In this document: one piece after another, positions 10,701-19,298 of the stretch
How the letters are laid out: every line of letters begins with the position of its first letter
Position numbering within the stretch: position 1 is the stretch's first letter
Source of the DNA: Eubacteriales bacterium
Lineage (GTDB): Bacteria > Bacillota > Clostridia > Oscillospirales > CAG-272
Direction: 5' to 3'
Assembly: GCA_045658925.1 (NCBI GenBank)
Contig: JAZOVV010000045.1
Location: 1,763 to 65,762 of the forward strand
DNA length: 64,000 nt
Position numbers and translations under genes: made by a program
Notes under the pieces: generated by a model
The model's input: only the letters and a program-made list of their open reading frames with translations
What the model was told of the DNA's origin: nothing
Database searches by the model: none

Positions 10701-11404
10701 GACTCCCCACCAAAGCGGCGGCATCCAAATTGCGTGCCAATCTGTTGGATACGATTCGCGACGAAGAGGATGAAGAAAGCGCGCTGATGGCGCAAATTGA
10801 GTTGTTGCAAAATGCGACACAACCTTTTGATAGCCTTTTGCAAGCGGGGGAGCTGCCGAGTGCCACCGAGGTCGGCAGTGCAACACACGCATTTTTGCAA
10901 TTCTGTAACTATGAACGCCTGATGGCGACTTCCCCCGAGGAAGAAGCCGAGCAGTTGGTAAAGGACGGCTTTATGAGCCGCCGCGCGGCAGATATTTTGC
11001 ACTTTGCGCAACTGCGGACATTTTGCAAGAGTGACTTGATGGATCTCATCAAGTCGGCTACCAAGATTGAACGAGAATTGAAATTCGGTGTTTTGACGCC
11101 GATGCGCACACTTACACAAAATGAAGCACTTGCCACACAGTTGGGTGATGAGACTTTGTTTGTGCAGGGCTCTATCGACCTGCTTTTGATAATGCCCGAC
11201 GAACGCCTAATTCTTGTTGACTACAAGACCGACCGCATCAGCAATGAGGAACGTGCCAATCCCGCACTCCTTGCCAAACGGTTGGGCAAGGTTCACGGGC
11301 ATCAGCTCGCCTGCTATGCCGAAGCGGTACGTGATCTGCTTGGTCGCGCTCCCGATGAAATGCGCATTTATTCCCTGCCTTTGGGGGCCAGTGTGCGAAT
11401 ATAA
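7766..11404 (+). CDS. addA: ATP-dependent helicase/nuclease subunit A
   Basis: UvrD motifs AAAGSGKT, VTFTRAAA, IDEYQD, VGDIKQSIYGFRG, MTVHHSKGLEF, YVALTRA. C-terminal nuclease motif GSIDLL..VDYKT. RBS AAAGGAG. Confidence 0.96.
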   Translation: MGRTWTPSQEAAMQIDGKTLLVSAAAGSGKTSVLTERIIRKLTDTEHPADLSRMLIVTFTRAAAAELKGRIAKALTDAMAIDPENAHLSRQLFLLGSAQISTIDAFFQKAVRANFERLSLPASFRMADEAEVLPIAAEIMDGLLEEYYDRYAQNSAQSSPFAKLQNNPFAETLDHLMSGRSDGKLGSVLREFLARFSAEPEGVDILGRFAKELNEAANTEYFTTSYGSVVRNYLLDLFEGYIAFLQKIEAHLDSAPDMRAKFAGIVESDMAYCRAMKEALEKGIYARAREVAVTFLSGRFPTSKEKTNEIIAYQEWRGKFKNDITKRVQTLLQFPAEIISEQMRRTALPAEILYRFYSEYTARLLGEKLERGLLEFDDVRAMLYKLLTDENGSPTPFAEELAASYDAVYIDEYQDVDYLQDRIFSLIGKNRRFMVGDIKQSIYGFRGSEPSIFAGYRREMPLHTAPEAKNADGVCVFMSDNFRCDKPVIDFANKVCSFLFSACESSVGYRPQDDLVCSKSTDGIVAPKHPVPVTLAVFDAPPHKKTRTEDEDDAEDVREEAVWVAAEISRLLREETLDNGAPIRPSDIAILVRNKSHGATYTDELTKLGVPVLSPTSSDMAQDPLLYDMLNLLKSVDNPWRDLPLSEFLLSPLGGFDLEELCEIRASSESSTALYDGLLTVSEDESHPLCAKCSTLLSWLDQMRRLADAQPADRFLRLLYQDDRVAHLSDKPVLLYLYEQARIYQKNAFCGLYGFLSHFAKLLEGDKLSGEGFGTSEDAVTVMTVHHSKGLEFPVVFLSSTGSPFNKDDLKKNLLYHREVGIACRLYDEDSGNLENTALRAALSLKVDEEQVEESIRTLYVALTRARERMYVSGTLSGKWETAMTNASLIRRGNRASILGASNMLSWILAALYEGGSLSDSLPLTVVHPLYGEVERGLPISVGATAPDKDVVLSPVAERYAAIYRAKGKAEYPYAFLQGLPTKAAASKLRANLLDTIRDEEDEESALMAQIELLQNATQPFDSLLQAGELPSATEVGSATHAFLQFCNYERLMATSPEEEAEQLVKDGFMSRRAADILHFAQLRTFCKSDLMDLIKSATKIERELKFGVLTPMRTLTQNEALATQLGDETLFVQGSIDLLLIMPDERLILVDYKTDRISNEERANPALLAKRLGKVHGHQLACYAEAVRDLLGRAPDEMRIYSLPLGASVRI

Positions 11405-11410
11405 TAAAGA

Positions 11411-11440
11411 AACGAGCAAGAACCGAAGTTCTTGCTCGTT
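11411..11440. terminator. Bidirectional intrinsic terminator
   Basis: Perfect 13-bp stem aacgagcaagaac/gttcttgctcgtt between convergent genes. Confidence 0.8.
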
Positions 11441-11444
11441 GTTC

Positions 11445-12104
11445 TTATGGCTTTTTGGTTGCATAACCGTAGCTTTGGGCGTATTCCTCGGCATAGGAAC
11501 CCGATTGACAAAGAAAGGTAAGCTTGGCATTGCAGTTTTCAAAAGCACCGTACTCGATTTTGGTAACGGTTGCGGGAATTTCGACCTCACTCAATGCAAT
11601 ACATCCGCGAAAGGCGAACCAACCGATGCTCACAAGGCTTTTGGGGAAAATAACCTTTTCTATGGTTAAATTGTTTTCAAAAGCAGTATCGGCAATGTGC
11701 GTTACGGGACAACCGCCGATTTCTTTGGGGACGGAAACAACCTTCTCCTTGCCAACGTAGGCGGTTATGGTGATTTTGCCTTCCTTTGTTGTGTACTGAA
11801 AATCGGATTGCGGTGCGGCTTCGGGAACACCGAGAGCAATTTCCAACTCTTCTATGCGCGATTCATACTCTACTCTTTCGGATGCGTAAGCATCCTTGAG
11901 GGAAAGAATTTCCTTTTGTAATTCCGAAACAAGCATTTGATAATACGTCGCACGCGCTTCGGCTGCATCTAAAGCGATTTGGTCAAGTGGGTCGGATGTA
12001 TCAAGAGGTGTAGTGGGCACTTGTGGCTCTTCCCCACCGCTCCCATCCGCGCAAGAGCCAAGAAGCAGACACAAAAGCAGGCAAACAATAGTGATTTTTT
12101 TCAT
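11445..12104 (-). CDS. Lipoprotein with coiled coil and BspA-type leucine-rich repeats (LRR_5)
   Basis: Lipobox LLGSC, repeats such as IGWFAFRGC and IEYGAFENC. Start moved to the ATG after RBS AAGGAGAAGG. Confidence 0.8.
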   Translation of the reverse strand: MKKITIVCLLLCLLLGSCADGSGGEEPQVPTTPLDTSDPLDQIALDAAEARATYYQMLVSELQKEILSLKDAYASERVEYESRIEELEIALGVPEAAPQSDFQYTTKEGKITITAYVGKEKVVSVPKEIGGCPVTHIADTAFENNLTIEKVIFPKSLVSIGWFAFRGCIALSEVEIPATVTKIEYGAFENCNAKLTFLCQSGSYAEEYAQSYGYATKKP

Positions 12105-12215
12105 AATCCTTCTCCTTTGATATGGGTTGTCCTCATCATACCATACTTCTCTTGTCGAATACAAGTGAAATAGGAGACCTATAAAAAATAATATACAAAA
12201 AAAGAAAAAAAGCCC

Positions 12216-12244
12216 TTGACTTTTGGCTCACGATAAGATATAAT
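12216..12244 (+). promoter_or_regulatory. Sigma-A promoter of tRNA-Ile2
   Basis: TTGACT-17-TATAAT with an upstream A-rich UP element. Confidence 0.8.
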
Positions 12245-12257
12245 ATAAAGAGCCAAC

Positions 12258-12334
12258 GGACCATTAGCTCAGTTGGTTAGAGCCACCGGCTCATAACCGG
12301 TCGGTCCAAGGTTCGAGTCCTTGATGGTCCACCA
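12258..12334 (+). tRNA. tRNA-Ile2 (CAT anticodon, lysidine type); elongator Met less likely
   Basis: Cloverleaf GGACCAT...CTCATAA...GTTCGAG...ATGGTCC-A-CCA, closely resembling Bacillota tRNA-Ile2. CCA is encoded. Confidence 0.9.
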
Positions 12335-12508
12335 CGCAAAGCCACCCCTTTGGGTGGCTTTTTTGCGTGGTAGACCATCAAGTTTGACTCGACCTTGCTC
12401 TGCAACGCAGTTGCAGAATAAGGTTCGCATTTCAAGCAAAGCCGACGGGAGCTCGCTCACAGGCGGCGCGCGCAGAAATATTGCCCCATAGTGGCAAAGT
12501 CCTTGATG
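12335..12508. repeat. tRNA-associated structured element: terminator hairpin plus inverted and direct partial copies of the tRNA 3' half
   Basis: 12368-12397 is a near reverse complement of 12307-12334. 12420-12427 and 12498-12508 together reproduce tRNA 12308-12326 exactly. Confidence 0.75.
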
Positions 12509-12608
12509 ATGTATTTTCGCTTTTCTATTTACTTTTCCATTTTGATATGATATAATAAATTTATTAACGTATCCTTTCCAAACTAAACTTTGCCTTGGAG
12601 AAATCAAA

Positions 12609-15600
12609 ATGAAACTAAAAAATAAGATTTTATCGCTATTTTTAGCCCTTTTTATTCTTTTTGGAATGGTTCCAACAACATTCGCAAGCACTGCTTCCCA
12701 ATCGGCAATCGCTGCCGTTGATGAAGATTTTAACGGCCTGCCCATCGGTTTGGAGCCCGACGGATGGACGGTTGAACCCATTGGTCGCACCGATGCGGGC
12801 GTTAAGATTGTCGCAGCTCCAAAAAAAGCACAAGGAGATAACGCTATGCGCATTGAGGATAATTCAACTGAATATGCCAATCCCGCTCGCGTAACCAAAA
12901 CCTTTGCGTCTGCTGCTGACGTAGAGCTTTGCTTTGACTACTACCTCGAAAGTGTTTCAGGCGCGAACGCTTTGGGCATTTGCAAGGACGGTATTGCAAC
13001 CAATCAAAAAAGAGTGAACCTTGGTATCTTCCCCAACGGGGACGGCAGTGCTACACTCAAATACTACAATCCCCAAACAAAATGGGTGGCAACTGCTAAA
13101 AAAGATATGCAAAAGGAAACTTGGTATTCCTTTAAGATTGTGTCAAAAGCCAATTCCGACACGGCTGACGTTTATGTGAACGGTGAGAAGATTGGCTCGG
13201 TTTGGGCTGACCAAAGAATTGCAACTGTCGACCGCATTGTCTTTCATACCAACAACAAAGCAAGCATCAATGACGTATTTTTGATTGACAACGTTAAGGT
13301 AATTGGCCCTGCCGTTGTTAGAGATTATCCCGTAGTTGCTTGCAACAGCGGCAAATTTGGATTTACTGCTACCCTTTCTCACCTATCAAATCTTAAATTC
13401 GCTCTCCTTTCGGGCGATGCATACGGCATTTATATTGCTGCCAAAGAGGATGGCGCGCTTTGCTATCGCCGTGATAACCGTTGGATTGAATTCAGCGCCG
13501 CAGGCGCCGTTTGCACCAATCAAGAAATGAAAATCGTTGTGGATTTGCCCGAAGGACGCAACGTTGATTATGCTCGCGTATATGTGAACGGCACTTACGT
13601 TGGTATGGCAATTTACACCAACAAATGTACAAACATAACCGCTATGCGCTTTGAAACCGAGGGCGACGTACGCATAACCGACGTTTGGTCGGACACCTCG
13701 GATGGCATCATACAAATGCCTTCTCGTACGGAAAGTGCACCTACGGTATACGTTCCCGAGGTCGTTGCCTCCTCTCCCCTTTATTGCCCCCTTGATTATA
13801 ATCCTTCTACCGGCAAGATGAACACATACACCGAAGATTGCTACGTTGACACCAACAACAATAGCGTTGGTGTAGATCTTGGGTATAAGCAACCTATCAA
13901 CGCGATTCGTCTATATGATAGCGATGCGGAAGTTACTTCCCGTTCCAACCATTTCACCCTTTGGCAAAGTGATGACAACAAAAATTGGACGGAGATACGC
14001 GGTTTTCAATTTAATCGCATCACCGAAGATGGCAAATGCCAAATTCTGTTTGAGTTCTCGGGCGTGGAAGCGCGCTACGTAAAAATCAATACTACAAAAT
14101 ACGATGAAGCTGCAAGCATTTATTTAAGTGACTTGTCTGCCTGCATTCGCGCAGAGCGCCGCATCGTCCGTCAGTGGAAGATGGCAGGCACACCGATGCA
14201 AGCTTTGGATGACTCCTCCCCCACCACAACGCCTATGGAACAAGTGTTTGTGCAGAACTCTTTGACCGTTACAAAAGGTGACAGCATTGGCATTTGGTTT
14301 GGTATTCACTCCGAGGTCGAAGCGATTGCGCTTTGTGGCAAGGGTCTTGAAAATCTTGGTAAGGATGCATTTGAACTCTATTACAGTAACGATAATATCA
14401 CTTATACGAAAATTGAGAACACCACTTTGAGCCGTGGGGAAAACACTTGGAGACTGACGTTTGACAGTATGAAATGCGGTTATCTCAAACTCTATGCAGC
14501 TGACGATATGAACGTTTCTCTTTCGAGCCTTGCAGACGGTATTTCGGCGTATTCCTCGCAGGAAGTGAACACAGGTCACGTTATGCAATCGACCGACAGA
14601 GGTGCGGACGGTGACTTTTACGTAATGCCGGACGGTACACTTGTAGCATCCTATAACGGCTTTGCCTCCAAGGTTGGCACTTCGGGTGGCGGTGATGCAT
14701 CCGATTCTTCGCTGAACGCTTTTACCTCCACCGACGGCGGGTATACTTGGGGCGACGGCAAAAGCTTTTTGATTAAAAGCGAAGGCAGCCTCAACGTGCT
14801 CAATCCAACCTATATTTGGCTTGCAGGCGGCGAGTTGGGTCTTATTTACATCGAAAAAGAAGCAACGGAAATCGCTAACATTTATATTCGCCGCTCTATC
14901 GATAACGGATTGACTTGGGGAGATGCCCAACGCATTACAGATGAACCTCAAGGATATTCCATTACCTCTAGCGGACACCGTGTTCTGCGTCTTTCCACAG
15001 GTCGTATTTTATTGCCCGTTGGTTATTCCGCTACCGTAAACGATGTGTACGGCTCAGATCGTGCTATTGGATACATTTGGTACTCCGACGATGAAGGTCA
15101 CACTTGGCACCGCTCTCTCGATGCCCTCACGCTTCCCCACGCAGCACTTGAGCCCTCGGTGGCAGAACTCAAAAACGGAAATATTTTGCTTTCTTTACGT
15201 ACGCGCGAGGAACGTGTTATTTACCAATCCATTTCCACCGACGGTGGCTTGACTTGGGCACAACCCGTCAAGATTGACATTCAATCCCCTAGCGCTACCA
15301 ACACGGTTATGCGCTTGCCTGCAACGGGTGATATTGCGCTCTTTTGGAACAACGATTTTTCTGCAAGTGGCGTTGACAGACGCCCCTTGACAGTAGTTCT
15401 TACCTCTGACGACGGATTGAGTTACCACAATCTTCGCAGTTTGGTAGAGTGTGATTATCCCACTCCTTGGCCGAGCGTGGCTTTTTATGGCAGAAGCGTA
15501 TTCTTAATGCACGGAAATGAAACGCACGTTCGTGTGTTTGATATTGCAACACTGTATTATACCACATCAGGCAAGGTGACTACCAACGATTTGCCGCAAG

Positions 15601-15962
15601 CCGCTACTCCCACAGCTGTGCTCGATAAAACAAGCGGTTGGCTGACGGGTATGAGTGAAACAATGCAATATTCTCTTGACGGTGGCAAAACCTGGACTTT
15701 TGCAGGTGGTACGAGCGTGCTACTTAACCTTGACAAGATAAACGCAATGGAAATTTTGGTTAAGGATATTGGAACAAGCGCCTTTGCACCTTCCACTATC
15801 CAAAGCATTTCTCTTATTCAAGAAGGCGAATCTCCCGAACAAAACACAAAACCGACCCTCGGTGCGGGCGCAATTGCCGCAATCGTGATCGGTTCTGTGG
15901 TTGCAGTTGGAACTGCCGGTCTTATAACATTTACTTTACTCAAAAGAAAAAAGAAAATTTAA
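12609..15962 (+). CDS. Secreted, membrane-anchored multidomain Asp-box (BNR) sialidase-like glycosidase with lectin/F5-8C-like modules
   Basis: Signal peptide. Asp boxes STDGGYTW, SIDNGLTW, SDDEGHTW, STDGGLTW, SDDGLSY. Discoidin-like motifs (VDLG, SDDNKNW, ARYVK). C-terminal TM helix with basic tail. Confidence 0.75.
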   Translation: MKLKNKILSLFLALFILFGMVPTTFASTASQSAIAAVDEDFNGLPIGLEPDGWTVEPIGRTDAGVKIVAAPKKAQGDNAMRIEDNSTEYANPARVTKTFASAADVELCFDYYLESVSGANALGICKDGIATNQKRVNLGIFPNGDGSATLKYYNPQTKWVATAKKDMQKETWYSFKIVSKANSDTADVYVNGEKIGSVWADQRIATVDRIVFHTNNKASINDVFLIDNVKVIGPAVVRDYPVVACNSGKFGFTATLSHLSNLKFALLSGDAYGIYIAAKEDGALCYRRDNRWIEFSAAGAVCTNQEMKIVVDLPEGRNVDYARVYVNGTYVGMAIYTNKCTNITAMRFETEGDVRITDVWSDTSDGIIQMPSRTESAPTVYVPEVVASSPLYCPLDYNPSTGKMNTYTEDCYVDTNNNSVGVDLGYKQPINAIRLYDSDAEVTSRSNHFTLWQSDDNKNWTEIRGFQFNRITEDGKCQILFEFSGVEARYVKINTTKYDEAASIYLSDLSACIRAERRIVRQWKMAGTPMQALDDSSPTTTPMEQVFVQNSLTVTKGDSIGIWFGIHSEVEAIALCGKGLENLGKDAFELYYSNDNITYTKIENTTLSRGENTWRLTFDSMKCGYLKLYAADDMNVSLSSLADGISAYSSQEVNTGHVMQSTDRGADGDFYVMPDGTLVASYNGFASKVGTSGGGDASDSSLNAFTSTDGGYTWGDGKSFLIKSEGSLNVLNPTYIWLAGGELGLIYIEKEATEIANIYIRRSIDNGLTWGDAQRITDEPQGYSITSSGHRVLRLSTGRILLPVGYSATVNDVYGSDRAIGYIWYSDDEGHTWHRSLDALTLPHAALEPSVAELKNGNILLSLRTREERVIYQSISTDGGLTWAQPVKIDIQSPSATNTVMRLPATGDIALFWNNDFSASGVDRRPLTVVLTSDDGLSYHNLRSLVECDYPTPWPSVAFYGRSVFLMHGNETHVRVFDIATLYYTTSGKVTTNDLPQAATPTAVLDKTSGWLTGMSETMQYSLDGGKTWTFAGGTSVLLNLDKINAMEILVKDIGTSAFAPSTIQSISLIQEGESPEQNTKPTLGAGAIAAIVIGSVVAVGTAGLITFTLLKRKKKI

Positions 15963-16996
15963 CGAATCGCCTTCTCCAAAAAGGCATTGATATCACCTAA
16001 CATTTTATCATTGGGAAGATTGACCAAATCGAGGTCGGCGTCGGCATAAACTGCTTGACGCTCCTCGGTGGGGATATCTTCCCCATATTTTTGTTTGAGT
16101 TCGGTAAGGCGTGCATTGATGCGGGCGATCTCTTCTACGCTTTTTGCATTGTGGAAGATGCTTGTGTGTCCGTCTTGTCCAGCGTCGCTCATAGGATAAA
16201 TGACAACGTTGGGGTTTGTAATTTCATCTCTGTGCGCTACAATACCGGTGCTATCAAAGCGGACAAGTGCGTCGCCGGTGCCGTGCACAAGCATAACGGG
16301 AATATTTGCACGATTGATGCCATCAACGGCTGTAAGTGTTGCGTATTTTCCAAAAAGGAAAAGGTACTCAAAGTAGGCAAAAGGGCGCAGAAGAGCGATT
16401 GCTCGGCTAATAGTCGAAGTACCAACGCTCAACATCATTTCAATTCCATCGGAGTAACCCGCAATGCTTGCCGAGGCTTTTACATTGTGGTCAAAATACA
16501 GCCCTGCGGCAACGGCATATCCGCCCCAGCTATGCCCCATCAGGCAGACGGGCAGATGCTTGAGTGTTTCGTCACTTTCGACATAAGTGAGTGCGGCGTG
16601 CAAATCAAGTGCCGATTGGATAAGCCCTGTTGTGCCAATGCCTTCACTTGTGCAAGAGCCTGTGGCGTCGTATGTGAAAACGCGCCAACCGCGGTCGACC
16701 ATCCAAAGAATTTCTTGTATATAGCTTTCGTGCCCTGAGTTGATGCCGTGTGCAAACACGAGGAGTCCTTTGGTATTTTCTTCACCAAAAATATAGCCCT
16801 GCAAACGGTTTTTGCCCGAGTAAAAGGAAACGTTGCGACGGGGATATGCATCTTTATAACAGTCGTAAAAATAATCGGCTACGGGATAGGCGGGATATTC
16901 CCCGCGCCCAAATTTTTTGCGCATAATGCGATGGGTGATGAGCAAAGCCGCCGCGAACAAAACGAGAACGGCACAAAAAAGAATCACAAAAGGCAT
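15959..16996 (-). CDS. Alpha/beta-fold hydrolase with N-terminal membrane anchor
   Basis: HG oxyanion motif, GHSWGG nucleophile elbow, HGTGD and later His. Confidence 0.88.
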   Translation of the reverse strand: MPFVILFCAVLVLFAAALLITHRIMRKKFGRGEYPAYPVADYFYDCYKDAYPRRNVSFYSGKNRLQGYIFGEENTKGLLVFAHGINSGHESYIQEILWMVDRGWRVFTYDATGSCTSEGIGTTGLIQSALDLHAALTYVESDETLKHLPVCLMGHSWGGYAVAAGLYFDHNVKASASIAGYSDGIEMMLSVGTSTISRAIALLRPFAYFEYLFLFGKYATLTAVDGINRANIPVMLVHGTGDALVRFDSTGIVAHRDEITNPNVVIYPMSDAGQDGHTSIFHNAKSVEEIARINARLTELKQKYGEDIPTEERQAVYADADLDLVNLPNDKMLGDINAFLEKAIR

Positions 16997-17058
16997 TGAT
17001 TTTCTCCTTAGCTTAGTTTCATCTTTATTATACCATTTTCAAAGAGAAAATACAAGGC

Positions 17059-17655
17059 TCATTTTCCTTTTTGCGGCACTCTCCCTTCAAAAAATCGTGC
17101 AAGAAGTGTGAGCGTGAAGAAAAAGAGGGAGATTCCATCGGCAATTTTAATCATTAGGTAAGCCGAAAATGCCCACAAAAGCCACAAAAACAAAAAGGTA
17201 CAACCGCGCAAAATCAAGCCCGTTTTTTGCGGCGTGGTAAAGGATAGAAGCGCGCACTCGAGCATTCTTCCGCCATCGAAGGTTTGAATGGGTAAAAGGT
17301 TGAGCAGTCCCAATAGAAGTGAGGCGCAGGAGAATGCAATGGCAAGAGCGCCGTGTGACCAAAAGAATGAACCGACAAGCGAAAAAGCAAGGCTTGACAA
17401 GGGGCCCGAGGCGCACAAAAGCCATTCTTCGCCATAGGATAGGATGCGCCCTTTGACGTCAATGCGCGCGCCGAGTAAATCGAAGCGCATGCAACCGATG
17501 GGGATTTTTAAAAACCTCGCCGCTGCAAGATGCCCCAGCTCGTGCAAAGCCGCCGCCAAAAGGCTCATTGCTGCAAGACCGCTCTTATCGCAAAAAAACA
17601 TAAAAAGCAGATAAATGAGGGCGAGTGGTTGTATCAAAAAGCGTTTTCGTTTCAT
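17059..17655 (-). CDS. spoIVFB: Site-2 (M50) metalloprotease, SpoIVFB-like
   Basis: HELGH and NLLPxxxFDGGR motifs, hydrophobic, sporulation gene neighbourhood. Confidence 0.75.
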   Translation of the reverse strand: MKRKRFLIQPLALIYLLFMFFCDKSGLAAMSLLAAALHELGHLAAARFLKIPIGCMRFDLLGARIDVKGRILSYGEEWLLCASGPLSSLAFSLVGSFFWSHGALAIAFSCASLLLGLLNLLPIQTFDGGRMLECALLSFTTPQKTGLILRGCTFLFLWLLWAFSAYLMIKIADGISLFFFTLTLLARFFEGRVPQKGK

Positions 17656-17682
17656 CGGTTCTTCCCTTTTCTCTTTTTTTAC

Positions 17683-17711
17683 AACCTATGTCATCTATCC
17701 TCGGGATATGC
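17683..17711 (-). promoter_or_regulatory. Putative sigma-E (mother cell) promoter
   Basis: Minus strand reads gcATA-16 nt-CATAggtT, matching the ATA-N16-18-CATAnnnT consensus. Confidence 0.5.
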
Positions 17712-17712
17712 A

Positions 17713-17750
17713 AAAAAGCACGGCCGACCAAAGCGTCTGCCGTGCTTTTT
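17713..17750 (-). terminator. Intrinsic terminator after dpaB
   Basis: Stem aaaaagcacggc/gccgtgcttttt. Confidence 0.7.
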
Positions 17751-17754
17751 ATCT

Positions 17755-18315
17755 TTATAGGAACAGCTTACGGCATTGCTTGCTCACAAAAGCTGCCTCA
17801 AGAGTTGGCAATAGAAGTGAAAAATCCGCTACGAGCGAGTGTGGTTTTTTCTCGGGGTCATCTTGATGCATTGGCACAAAGTATACGCATTTGCGTGAAA
17901 GCATTGTGGCGATGTTTTTGAGATTTGCCGAAAGCGCATCGTTGGATGCCAGTGCCAAAATCATTGGTCTGTCGCATCGCAGATGCGCCTTTGCCGCCAT
18001 ACAAACCGCCGTATCGGTAATGCCGTTTGCCATTTTGGCAAGCGTATTCCCCGTGCAGGGCGCAACAATAAGGGCATCAAGCGAGAGCTTGGGGCCAAGC
18101 GGCTCTGCCTCGGGAATGGTGTGTATGATAGGACGGCCGCAAATAGTTTCGAGCTCCTCTCTCAACTTTTGCGCCGTTCCAAATCGTGTATCTGTACTGT
18201 AAACGGTTTCGCTGACGATGGGTTGCACCTCGTAGCCTGCCGCAATTAAATTTTTAAGTTCTTTGAGCGATTGTGCGTGCGTGCAAAATGAACCGCACAA
18301 AGCATATCCAAGCAT
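17755..18315 (-). CDS. dpaB: Dipicolinate synthase subunit B (SpoVFB)
   Basis: GYALCGSFCT, DTRFG, APCTGNTLAK, QDDPEKKPHSL. Start set at MLGYAL. Confidence 0.95.
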   Translation of the reverse strand: MLGYALCGSFCTHAQSLKELKNLIAAGYEVQPIVSETVYSTDTRFGTAQKLREELETICGRPIIHTIPEAEPLGPKLSLDALIVAPCTGNTLAKMANGITDTAVCMAAKAHLRCDRPMILALASNDALSANLKNIATMLSRKCVYFVPMHQDDPEKKPHSLVADFSLLLPTLEAAFVSKQCRKLFL

Positions 18316-18338
18316 AGCGTTTACCCTTTTCCTCTCTC

Positions 18339-19226
18339 TCAAAAGTCGGAACGCTGTGAGGCGTCCAATAAAATAGGATGAACGGTCTGTCCGAGAATAA
18401 TCCCCGCGCTCTCGGGCGCGCACTTTCCGGGGAGCGCAGTTGCCCAAACAGAGCGAATCCCCAGCTCTGCCGCAGTCTCAAAATCCACTCCGCCCGGAGC
18501 GGATGCAAGGTCGATGATAATACAATTTCGCCCAAGTCTTTGGAGTACGGTGCGTGAGATGAGCCGACTCGGTACTGTATTAAAAATAACACGTGTATTT
18601 GTATCGAAAGAAAGAGAATCTTCTCCTGCAATCTGCTTGGCAGAATGCCCCAAGAGCTCGGCACGCACACAAACCTCGCGGCGGCGCGCCCAAACGGTTA
18701 CCTCTGCCCCCAATGCTTTGAGCTTGTGTGAAAGGACTTCTCCAATTCGTCCAAAGCCAATAATTGAGACCTTTGAGCCGTCAAGAACTACGGGAAGTTC
18801 GCGCAAGGCAATCTCAATGGCTCCCTCGGCGGTTGGAAGCGCGTTTTTGAGCTGTAAAATCTCGCTTTCAAAATAGTCTATCCAACAAATTCCCTCTCTG
18901 TCGGCGCGCAGGCGCAATGCTTCACTCAAACGGCCGACGAGCCACAGCTTATCGGGTGCTGCCGAAAAAAGCGTTTCCATCCGCAATTTCTCTTCGCCTT
19001 GGCACAGAGGCAAAGAGAGGTGAATTCCGTCAAGCGACGTGGGCAGTGGGAGCATCAAGGCATCAACATCCGCAAGCCATTCCTTGGCAATCTTGGCAAA
19101 AGCGGCGGCATCATCGCCATCGCTTCTCCCCCATTCGCAAACGTCATACCCAAGGCGCACAAGCTCGCGTGCGGCAAAATCCATTCGTTTATCTCCGCCC
19201 AAAACGGCTATAACTGTCTTTCCCAT
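18339..19226 (-). CDS. dpaA: Dipicolinate synthase subunit A (SpoVFA)
   Basis: GGDKR, NALPTAEGA, GFGRIG, IDLASAPGGVDF, LPGKCAP. Adjacent to dpaB. Confidence 0.93.
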   Translation of the reverse strand: MGKTVIAVLGGDKRMDFAARELVRLGYDVCEWGRSDGDDAAAFAKIAKEWLADVDALMLPLPTSLDGIHLSLPLCQGEEKLRMETLFSAAPDKLWLVGRLSEALRLRADREGICWIDYFESEILQLKNALPTAEGAIEIALRELPVVLDGSKVSIIGFGRIGEVLSHKLKALGAEVTVWARRREVCVRAELLGHSAKQIAGEDSLSFDTNTRVIFNTVPSRLISRTVLQRLGRNCIIIDLASAPGGVDFETAAELGIRSVWATALPGKCAPESAGIILGQTVHPILLDASQRSDF

Positions 19227-19298
19227 TGCTGTCCCCCCGCTTCTATCGATACACTGTCAGTATATGAAAAAAGCCTCGTTTCGACACAGAAACAAGGC

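Noticed and set aside
4689-11404. Helicase plus PD-(D/E)XK nuclease pair as a possible defence system
   Set aside because: Sizes, order, motifs and the Fe-S cysteines fit housekeeping AddAB.
12269-12898. 209-aa minus-strand ORF over tRNA-Ile2
   Set aside because: Its end (WWTIKDSNLGPTGYEPVALTN) is the typical translation of an antisense tRNA. The same applies to the ORFs over tRNA-Gly.
12509-15962. Possible genomic island integrated at tRNA-Ile2 and carrying the sialidase-like gene
   Set aside because: The tRNA 3' duplication lies before the gene, not after it. I saw no integrase or distal att copy.
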